DNA of 64,000 nt. Origin: Opitutales bacterium. GTDB lineage: Bacteria > Verrucomicrobiota > Verrucomicrobiia > Opitutales > JAVBMG01. The stretch covers positions 42,406-106,405 of the forward strand of contig JAVBMG010000005.1 of NCBI GenBank assembly GCA_031552815.1, read 5' to 3'. Numbering within the stretch: position 1 is the stretch's first letter; each line of letters begins with the position of its first letter. Positions 35,456-47,400 of the stretch are shown piece by piece. A model generated the notes under the pieces. That model worked only from the letters and a program-made list of their open reading frames with translations. It searched no databases and was not told the DNA's origin. Both the position numbers and the translations under genes were made by a program.

Positions 35456-38400
35456 ATGAAAAATAAAAATATTTCCCGCGCCTTTATCAAAAAAGCATTC
35501 ATTCTTCCGGCAATTCTAGGTTCGTTTGTTTCCATAAAAGCGGCAAGTCTGATATGGGATGCGAATCCTTCTAATCCGGGTGTTGATGATGGAAGCGGGA
35601 TATGGGGAGCGAATAACAATTGGCAAAGCTATCCGACTTTGGGTACACAGACTACTTGGTCTGACGCCGGATATGATGTCGTTTTTGGGAATGGCGGTAC
35701 TGCCGGTAATGTGACCATTAATTCTGATGATACGGGTAATGGTAATGGTGTCCGTTTGGTGAATTCCATTGTGTTTGATAGTGTCGGCAGTGGGTCTTAT
35801 AACATTGCGGGTGGTCGTTTACTGTTTGCCCAGAGAAATGCAGTGATTGCTGCAAAGACTGGCGTTAATGCGCGCATTAGCTCGGCAATCCGTCAGTCAG
35901 GTGACTTATATATCGGTTCTGTTAATTTTACGGGGACAGGAGCGGAGGGCAGCATTAATACAGGTTTTCTCGGGCGTGTCATATTAACGCAAAGTCTTTC
36001 GTCGCTTTCCGGTTCGCTGAAAATCCGCGGCGGAGTGCTTCGTTTGCCGACGGTTTCTTATCTTCCATCCGGATTGATAGACTTTAAATCGAATCTAACC
36101 GAATATGCTATTCTGGAAACAAGCGGCAAGTTGACAAGGGCAATCGGTACATCTGCGGGTAACATCAATATGAGCGGGGGTGTTGCCGGTTTTTCGGCAG
36201 TCGGGGGAAAGCTGACCATTGAGTTGGCGACTAGTAACATTATTTTAAACGGAGCAACGGGAGCTAATTGGTTATCGGATGCGTTCATTTTTAATACGGA
36301 TATGGCCGATAGTGTTCTGGAGGTTCGTAATAATATTGATATGTCGACAAAGGATCGTTCTATAACGGTTAATTCGACAGCGCCGGGAACCGAAGTGATA
36401 TTGAGCGGCGCACTAACCAGCAATGGGCTTGATTTCACAAAGAAAGGTGCTGGGACATTAATATTATCAGGCGGGGGATCAAATAAGGAACTCTTGTTGC
36501 AAGTGGCAGAAGGTACGGTAGTTTTGGAGAAACAGTCTTCTGATACCGTATACGCCATCGGTGGGATTAAAAACATTGCATTGGGTGCAACTGTGAAAAT
36601 CGGTGACAATGCATCCGGAGGTAATCAGATTGCAAATATAAAAACGACGGATGAGTGGGGATCGGTCAGAATGTCGGGTGGTACACTTGATTTAAACGGG
36701 CATAGCGAAGGTTTCGGCTTACTTGGAAGACAGACGAGCGCTACGGCAAGTACGGGTATAATTACAAGCAGCAGTCTTGGCAGCATTACTTTGACTTTGG
36801 GTGAAGGGGATCGTGGTTCAGAAGCTCACTATGCCGGATTGATTGAGGATGGAGTAGGGGTTTTATCCTTAGTCAAGTTGGGTACAAATAAACAGTTCCT
36901 GTATGGTACGGTAAGTCAGGTAAATACGTATACAGGGCAGACAGAGGTCAGAAGCGGAACGCTTGCCTTGGCCAGATCGGGTTCTACCGGTACAATTACA
37001 GATGTTATTTCCAGCAATTCAAACTTTGTGTTAAAGGGAGGTATTCTGGATATTGGAGCCAATGTCGTTCAGACATTCAAGAGCATTCAAATGTCTTCGA
37101 ATGCGACAATCAGCGGAGACGGAACGGCTGTATTTACCTCATCGGCCCCCAATCTTCAGATTGATGGCGTATTGAATGTAAAAAACATCATCAAGAACGA
37201 TGCCAATACATTAACCCTTTCGTCTCCCCTGAGTAAATATACAGCTTTAACCATAAATGGGGGTGAGGTTGTTTCGAAGGGAATGCAAGCGACTACGCTG
37301 ACTATAAACAGCGGTAAACTGACGATTAATATTGGTTCAGGTCTCTGGGAAGGACAAACCAAAGGCAGTTGGAACAGCAGCACAACCGCGAATCCTAAGA
37401 CTGCGATAAAGACGCGGTTCGATTATAGTTTAACGACGGATAACAATGTTTATAAAGGATCACAAACTAATGCAGATCAGGTTCAATGGATTTATTCCGG
37501 TTATCTTTATTTAAGTGAAGCAAAAACATTTAAGTTCATTAAATCTTTTGATGACTATGTATTCCTGAAGATCGGAGATACGACGATTGTTAACAATAGT
37601 GCCTATAAAGAAACGCCGGTATCTAGTCCCATTACATTCCAGTCTGGATACTACGCAATCGATGTTCGGTTTGGTAATGATAGCGGTGGGGTTGGTCCTG
37701 TAAAAACAGACGGTACGGGAGGCCTTCTGCCCGGTGGTTTTGCCTTGGGTTATAATACGGATGGGTCAGGTACTTTTTATGAATTTTTGCATGATCCGTC
37801 AAATGGCATCTACTTTACGACAGCAGCGACCACGGCTACATTAAACCTTTCCCCTTCCTCCGAAATTGCTGTGACGGGATTGGGAATCTATCAGGTGACA
37901 ACAGCGGTCAAAGATGCCATTGTTGGGACTCCCGGAGACCTCATAAAAACAGGGAATGGTTTGTTGATACTGGCTGGTAATGGTTTATCGCATACTGGTT
38001 TGACCGAAGTCAGGGAAGGTACAGTCAAAGTGTCCGGGGATATCAATAATGTTCAGACGAGTTTTCAGGTCGATGCAGGTGCCAGTCTGGAATTTGAATC
38101 AACGACTGCCAGGACGCTTGCCAAAGCGATTACAGGACAAGGTACTGTGGTAAAGAGCGGAAGCGCAAACTTTACCTTATCAAATCTGACTGCTTTCACA
38201 GGAGACGTTCTGGTCAAACAGGGATTGTTGGAAATCACGTCTTCGACCCAAGGGAACATTACCGTCTGGTCCGGTGCCCAGTTGAAAGGTACAAATATGA
38301 CGTTAAACAACGGTATATTGACAGCAGGTCGTCTGAGTACCGTTACTCCCGGAGATGATATTATCGGGAATGTTTCCATGGTGGGTTCAAGTCTTGTCGT

Positions 38401-41400
38401 CGGTTCAAACAAGGGAACGATTGATACGTTGACTTTTAAGGATACATTGGCTCTGACAGGAACTGCGATTCAGATTGATTTTGCCAATGGAGGAACGGAT
38501 ACCATTCATGTAAATAACCTGGATATTTCTGGTGGCAGTAACATATTCCGTTTGAAGATTGATCCCAATATTAATCCGGCGACATTGCAAGGATCCTATA
38601 CGTTGATGAGTGTCAGTGGAACACTCACGGGATCACCGTTGGGTGGTATTACCATGAATACGCCTCGTGGAACTTCATTCTCATACGATACGAATTCGAA
38701 GAGTTACATTTTCAGTATCACAGGGCAACTGGGTTATGTAAAATGGACAGGTATTTACGGAAATACCTGGGATGTTCAGAATACGGAAAACTGGCAGAAT
38801 GTTTTGAGCGGAGGAGCTGATAAATTTTATAATGCAGACTTTGTCCTGCTTGATGATTCTGCTGTACGGAAACAGTTAATACTTGCGGAGAATGTTACCG
38901 TTTCTTCCATGACCGTGAATGCAGATCTGGATTATATCATCAGCGGGTCTCATTCCATATCGGGGGATACGCTCGTAAAATATAAGAACGGCACACTGTT
39001 TATAAAAAATGACGGAGCTGTTCATTTTGATGAAATCGAAATTAACGGAGGAACCGTCAGTATTGATGTATCGACAGGTATAACGAGTTCCTTGGATTCA
39101 GTTACCTCAAGAGCAACTGTTATTACCGGAAGCGGAACTTTTGAAAAGACGGGAGAGGGAACGTTAATTCTGTGGGGAAATAATACTTATGGAAATACGG
39201 TTATTAAAGGCGGTACGTTGCAGATCGGAAATGGAGGAGCTGCAGGGACCGTCGGACGTGGTTCGGTTTCCATTGCACAAAATGCTGCGCTGGCCTTTGA
39301 TCTGAGCTCCGCGGATGGGGTTGCTCACGGCGATATCAGCGGCGCCGGTAGCGTGATCCAGAGAGGTAGCGGAGCGATTACCTTGGATAACGCAAATACC
39401 TATACAGGTGGGACAAGAATTGAAAGCGGGAAAGTGTATCTGACTCAGTTCAGCGGAACTCTGAATGGTTTGGTTTCAAGCTCGGTAGGATCGGGTGTTG
39501 TCAGTTTTGTCAATAATGCAGGAGCGATTTCGTTTGAAAAAGCTATCGGCTCCGATTGGGCGGACGGAATTGTGAACTCAAGTAAATCACCTGATTTCAC
39601 GTCCGGGACCGGGACAGCGATCGCTTATGCACAAGGAAATTTAAGCAACGATATTTCATTGGCAACCACTTCTTCCGGAGTAGGTTCTGTGTTGATTGAA
39701 AGCGGTAATGCGCAGACAACCTCTGCCAGTATGTTTGATTTCAATCCGGATACCGGTGATTATGAATCCATTGCGTATACAGTGTCTGTTTGGACTCAAG
39801 CCAATTTGACAGGGAAAATTTCAGGAGGTAACAGTGATTTGATCCTTGAGATTGGAAGTTCAGTGAGTCAGGGGAGAGGTGTTATCGGACTATTAAATCA
39901 GGACAATGATTTTTCCGTAAGTAAAATACGCATAAGCGGTGGTTCTCTGTTAATTACGGCAGACGGTGTTTTGGGTGCGACAACGAATCAGTTGGAACTT
40001 GCTGTGAACAGTACTCAGTATGGAGGACTTATTTTTGGTGCTGACAATATCGTTCTTGATGCGGCTCGTGGTATTAATGTAAGTGCCAATACCCGAATTG
40101 ATACAAGTAACCAGGATCGTGGTGCTTATACCGGTACTATTTTAGGGGTGATTACCGGCGCCGGCGGTATCATTAAGGAAGGTTCCGGAACATTGATTCT
40201 TGCTGCAAATAGCAGTGCTTACACCGGTTCAATCACTGTAAATAACGGTAATTTGCAGATCGGAAACAGTGATTCTGCCGTTGCAAGCAACTTGGGAACA
40301 GGTCCGATAAAATTAGTCGGGGAAGGAACGAATTTGATCATCAATAGCGGAGACACCACGATAGCCAATAATATTGAAGGAGTTGGTTCGCTTATACAAT
40401 CAGGGCCGGGAGCAACAACCCTTTCCGGGAATAATACCTATAAAGGAGGTACTACAATTACCGGGGGCACCTTGGTAGTCGGATCGGGAACTGCTATTCC
40501 GACAACAACCGCGTTGAATGTCGTATCAGGAACGTTTGATGTGAACGGACATAGTGTGACTATAGGAAAGTTGAGTGGAAATGTCGGCAGTATCATTATC
40601 AACAACGGTGGAGCTGCGGGAACACTCACTGTGGCTAATCGTAGCGATAGCATTTTTGGCGGTAGCATCAATGACGGAAATTCTCAATTGTCTCTTACCA
40701 AAAGCGAATCCGGTACCATGGTTCTTTCGGGTGTAAATAATTACACGGGACAAACGACGATTGTTGATGGCTCATTGTCATTGGCTGTTGATAATGCGAT
40801 TTCAGGAACATCAAAGGTCAGTATTACGGGATCCGGTGCGTCGTTATCCATCGGGGATACTACGCAGGTGATTAACAATGTTGAGATAGCGGCCACAACC
40901 GGTGGTAGCATCCAAATGCTTAACGGTGGGAAACTAACGGTCCTCGGGACATTGGATTTTGGGTCGAATAATGGTAGGATTATTGATGTTGGGATCGGAT
41001 ACCGTTCAGATTCCAAAGCTATACTTGAAGCTGTTCTTTCCGGAAGTGGTACGATTACAAAACAGGGTGCCGGGACATTGGTAATCCAGAATGCGGGAAG
41101 TTCGTTAACGGGTTCATTCGCGATTAACGCAGGTGTTGTTGAAGTTGAACACTTGAATGCTCTCGGAACAGCAGCAATATCTATTGGTAGTGGAACCTTT
41201 CGTTACACGGGGGCGAGCGCAAATATTACGACGCTTAAGACTATCGATACCTTTACTTCGGACGATGCCACGATTGATGTTTATAATGCGGGTACGATAC
41301 TAACAATTACCACATCTATCAGCGGCAAAAGTCTTAATAAGGCCGGTGCCGGAACTTTGGTTATTAACGGTGCAGCGACTTATACGGGAGCTACTGTTGT

Positions 41401-44400
41401 CTCTGAAGGGACTTTGCAGATTGGGACAAGCGGAAGCTTGCCTTCAGGAACAGCACTCGTGGTTCAAGGTACAGGTGTGTTTGATCTAAATGGTATTCCG
41501 AGTCTGACTGTTGGAGCTCTTTCGGGTAATTCTATACTTGGAGTGGTTACGAATAGCTCTTCCTCAATGAGTACATTGATTGTCGGATCGGCGGGTGGAG
41601 ATGATTCTTATTATGGCCAGATTACAGGTAATGTTGCCATTGAAAAAGATGGCGCTGGAATGTTGATTCTTTCTGGTAAGAATACAAATACCGGACCTAT
41701 TACCTTGAAAGACGGTATTCTCAGAGCAAGCGAAGGGATGGGACTTTCTGCAAACGGAGCATTGGTTATTCTTAACGGGACCTTGGAGAGTCGTGGTCGT
41801 TTGGTCAGAGATTTAGGAAATGGTGCCGGTCAGATACAACTTGGTGATGCTACTTTCTTTGCTTCAAATCCGAATGCTACCATAGGATTTGCCGCTGTTG
41901 GCGGCAGATTGATTGTGAATGTTGGCAATGATGTCGGAAATGATAGACGCCTGTTACGATGGGATCCAAGTAATCCGGCTAATACAGATGTTTTCGCTAA
42001 GGAAATCGTTTTGGGTTCAGTAAATGCCGACAACATTGTCGAGGTAAGGAATGACATTGAGATATTTGGCAATGACCTGACTCTCAATGTTGTTGATAAT
42101 CAGAACAGCAGTTCTGATTATGCAATCGTTTCCGGAAGCATTAAAGGAACAGGAAATGTTATTAAGGAAGGTTTGGGCAAACTGGTCTTCACAGGAAGCC
42201 ATATCGGTGGAACCAGTACCTATACGGGAGACACATTGATCAAGGGAGGTACTTTAGGTTTGGCTGTGAGCCAAGCGTTGTCTGATTTGTCTGATATATA
42301 CATCTATGGTGATGTTGTTGTGACTGATGCGGATGGTAATAAGAAAACATATGCAACCGTGCTTGATGTGGGAGGCACGCATCAGAAATTTGCCACCTTA
42401 AACCTGTCAGACGGAACAAATCAGGGAGGCTATCTGCAATTCTCCGATGGAGGTGTAGTTGAAGCCGGAACGATAAACGTAATGAAGCCGGGAACAGCGG
42501 ACGGGCGTCGTTATGTTTCGGTAATCGATGGTAAGGCGTATTTGAATGGAACGATAGTTGGCGATTCAAAATTCGTTAAGAAAGGAATGGGAACACTTGT
42601 TTTGGGAAATAGTGTGAATACCGGTTTTACAGGCGGTATGGCGATTGATGCAGGTGTTCTGGAAGTCGCTCAATTACTTTCTCTGGGAGTTGGTAACATG
42701 GAAATTGGAAATGCCACCTTCCGTTATACAGGAATTTCTGATAATTTGGGGTTACTTGGCGCGTATGCATTGCAATCCGAGAATGCGACCATTGATGTGG
42801 TCAACGCAAACACCAATCTGACGGTTACTTCTGTTATTGGTGGCGCGAGTTTTACCGGAATGAGCTTGGTTAAGGCAGGTGCGGGGACACTTACCCTTGC
42901 TGGTGCCTACACAGGAAGTGAATCCATTGCTGCAGGAACGTCATTTGCTGGTGATATACTTGTAAAACAGGGTATTGTAAGACTTGGTGCTGATAATGCA
43001 TTGCCTGAGACGGCAGCCATTAATGTTGAAAAGACAGGAACGTTTGATCTTGCAGGACATGATGTTGCCGTTGATGACTTAATCGGTGTTGGCTCGATTA
43101 CAAACAGTTCGTCAACAGAGGGAGTGTTAACGATCGACCGTGAGAGCGGAAGTACAACAGGCGGAGAATTTTTTGGTTCTATTTCCGGAATTATTACTCT
43201 TGTTAAAGAAGGTACAGGCGTGATGACATTATCTGGGAATAATACCTACTCTGGTAAAACCATAGTTAAGGAAGGTGTATTCCGTACGGAAGGAAGAGGT
43301 CTTTCCCGGTCAACCCAGATCGTGTTGCAAGGAGGGGCTTTGGAGTTTGTTAAGCCGACAACGAAATTTACGCGTAAGATCGGTGACGGTAGTGGTGCTA
43401 TTAAATGGATGGACGAAAGCAATCCATCCAACCCGGTAGATGTTTGGTTCTCTGCCTCAGGAGGTAAGGACTATACACTGCAAATCTCTCTGGATAACGG
43501 TGCGGCTTTACATTGGGATGATTCGCGCGGATTCCTCATCGGCAATAGTAAATTGATTTTTGGTTCGGAAGTCCAAGATAGTTATATTGATTTCCAGAAC
43601 GCTTTGAATTTGGGTAGTGTGGATCGCACGATTGTTGCTTATGGAAATTCTGACCCGAATGTGGTCTCGGATGTGTCCACGATGAGCGGATTAATTTCCG
43701 GAAGCGGCGGAATTATAAAAACGGGAGACGGAACGCTTCGCCTCTCACATACAAGCAATACCTACACCGGTCCGACAACGATTAAGGAAGGTGTTCTTGA
43801 AATCGTGCGTATCAATGATGGATACGGGTATAGCAGCTTGGGCAGGGTCAGCGATTATGCACAGAATATAGTCATTGATGGCGGTACATTACGGTATGTG
43901 GGTACGGGAGAGGCTTCTGACAAAAAATTCTCTTTTGGTGTGGGAACAGGAGGCGGTCGATTGGAAAGTTCGGGAGTGACAACGGCAGATAGTACGACAG
44001 GACTTGTTACGGCAAGCGGTTCGCTCCGTCTGGACTCAGAGATGGAAATCGCATTCATTGGATCAGGCGCAAGAACGCTTACCTTGGGCGGAAGCAATAA
44101 GGGACTGAATGAATTGGGTAATATTCTGGGCAATGACGGTGGTAGTTCCCCGACATCCTTGGTTAAGGATGGCGAAGGTAAATGGTATTTAAGCAGTGAA
44201 CAGAATTCGTTCTCCGGCTCTATTACGGTTACCGGCGGATGGCTGAAATTTAAAAACTCCAATGCAATGGGTAGTTCCAGTTCGTGGAATATTGACGGAT
44301 GGGCTGTTTCTCATACTGAGGAGAAGGGCGGTTATATTGATTTGGAATCAGTAGCCGTACAAAAGGTTGCATTCTTGCCAATTAACACAACGGTCAGCAG

Positions 44401-47400
44401 TGGATCATTGGTGAATACGGTTCAAAATGGTCAAATCGTGATTGAAAAGAGCACGAATGAAGTTTTCCATCTGGGTACAGGTAATCAGGTTTATCAGCAA
44501 GGCGGATACACTTATTTCCTGGAAAATGCCAGTGTCGCTAACAAGCGATGGGCGGTTTACTCAACAAGCGACATAACACTTGTCGATAGCAGTTCCAGCA
44601 GCGCATTCTGGTCAAACACATTGGGTGGACAAATCGGTATTTCCAGAGCAGGCGCTATTTCGACGATTCAAAATGGTACTGTTCAGAGTGGTGATAAACT
44701 TTTCCTTATGGATGGTGGTCGATTGATTACGGCTGATTTCAACAGGTATAATTACATCAATACATCGGGAAGTGAGGTTTTACCTTCGGATAATCAACTA
44801 GTAGCTTTCGAAAATGGTTCAAAGGCTTATTATAGTCTTGGCGATAAAACATTTTATAATGCGCAGAATGTTTCCTTGGTTACCAGTTCAGGAGTAAAAC
44901 AATCTTACGATACCAGTAAGATCGGTACAGGAGATGATGCTTTAAGCGTACTGACTTATGATGGGGAAACAAAGGCCAGTCTCTATTTCAGTAACGGCAA
45001 GTTGGCATATGACGCAAAACGTGCCTATTATAACAACGGAACAGATATTGTAGAAGTGCAGTTCAATGGTTCCGGTGACCTTTATTATACGGTACATAAT
45101 GATGTCACGGGTTTGGATGAACAGGTGATTGTAAGTTCTTCTGATGCGGCCGGAAAGGTTTTCCTCGAGGATGGAACAGCTTTAGTTGCGGAAAATAGCA
45201 GCTTCATGTATACGGATACTTCGGGCAATTCTGTTATATTGGACACTGTTGCAGGAAAGAAGGCATTCGTAACAGAATCTGATCGTGTACTTTCAAGCAA
45301 TGACACTGTTTTGACATGGAGTTCTGCTTTAAATACGATTAATTCTTCTTCAAGCGGTTTGTTCTCCATAGGAGAGAATTATGACAGCAGTAATGCCATA
45401 AAGGTATCGAACGGGACGCTTACGGTTCAGGATAATATGTTTGTTATTAACCTGAATAGTCCTATCGGCATCATGTCGACAAAAACGGTTGTTGAGAACG
45501 GAGTCTCGGTCAGAAAGGATGCTTATGAGAATGTAAAGACGATTTCGCTTTCTGCGGCTCAGATGGGATTATTGGCCGAAGGCAAGGATGTTATCCTTTC
45601 GAACAAAATCGCCTTGAAAGTGATTGATGATCAGATTGTCGCCCGTGAGATTGCAACGTTGGACACAGTAAGCAAGATGGTGGTGGATACGGATACAACA
45701 GAACTCTATACAACCGTAAATGCCAATATCAATATAGGCGACTCTTCGGGTATCGGAGCTATAAATGTGGATAGTACGACAACGGGTTCCCGTCTTATTG
45801 TTTCGGGAGATCATAGAGGCGGTACTTTGGTTAAGTATGGATCCGGCGAACTTGACTTGCGGTTGACTTCGCAAGTGGATGATAACGCGCTTACATTCAA
45901 TGCCCAGGGTGGAACCCTTATTTTACGTAACTATGCAGATTCACCGATCTCGCAGCACCAATCTTATGCAGGCATCAGTGATATTGCTGATGGTGCGACG
46001 ATCCGGTTGACGTCGGTTAATACCGGTGCCGTATACAATGGTGTATTTAAGGATGGTGCCAGCGTGAACATGAGCGGCGGGTCAATCTATATTGATTCCG
46101 GTATTGTGGTTCCTGAGGACAATGTTTACGTGATGAATTCCGTGACGTTCACACAGAGAGAGAAGATAAAGACACTGACAGGATATGGAAATATTATTGG
46201 TGTTTTCAATCCTGACCAGGTACACGCCTGGGAGCATAGTGCAATTGAGGTCGAGGATGGCTATTTCGCAGGCTCTATTTCCGATCAGACATCAAAAATG
46301 TATTTGATCAAAACAGGACCTGGAACGCTTGTCCTTTATGGAAACAAGGTGAACAAGCCCTCAAGTGCCGATGATTATACGATTGGATTGGAGAATGACC
46401 AAACCTTTGTCTACAGGAAAACAGAAGATTTCTCCAACCAAAACACTTATTCGGGCGGAACGTTCCTGCATGGCGGCACTATTTCTACCTATGGTAATAA
46501 TGTTATGTCTGCCCGGACAGATTTGATGATTGTTCCTGATGCAAGCGGAAACAATGGCGGGATGTTTAAGCTTAACGGATTCACGCAGACCCTAAACCGT
46601 GTGGAGATGAATAATCGTGGCACTGTCGGATTTACCGGAGGTATTGATCTCGGTACAGGGGGATATTTGAATGTTGAGGAAATGATGGTGCTTCAAGGTG
46701 GTACGCTGATTTTGGGAAGTAACAGCGGAAACGTTGAGTTGGATGGTGGAAAGCGTATCTTTAAGTTAGCCAGAATAAATGCCGAGTCTACCAACTATCT
46801 TGATGTGGTTGTATTAACAAGCAACTCACTGGATGAAGTCGGTGGTATCTTGCAGGTTGATTCCATTCAGCAGATCAATAGTGTGATTGATTTTGGTAAC
46901 GGAACCGGCTATGTCGAAATTCTGAAGGATCGCTCAGAAGTGCTTGGTTCAATGGCCAGTGCAAAAACCGTGCGTGTCGGTGAAGGCAAGGATGTTTATT
47001 TCCAATCCTTCAAATATACGGATGTGGGTGGCAGAGGCCAGTTATCCATTCAAAACATGATAAAGGATGGAAGCGGTACTTTCATTCTTAAAAAGAATCT
47101 GGCATTTAAACCAATTCTTCAGCAGGACTCAAAAATCAAGGTATTGGAAGGCACGATCAAGTTGGCAAATATTTCCGATTATTCAGGTGATAACTTAAGT
47201 TATCCAAAATCTGAAATCGAAGCTATGTTTACCAAGGAAACCAGAACCGTGTTGGATCTGGATAGTCTTGCTGTAATCAAGGTGAATGTTAAGGGAAATA
47301 CTTACAAGGCGGTCAATGATAGTGTTCTCGACCTGAATAACACATATCAGTATGTCGATAGTCTGATTATTGAAAAATATGCTTTTGATCAGTCCACAGG

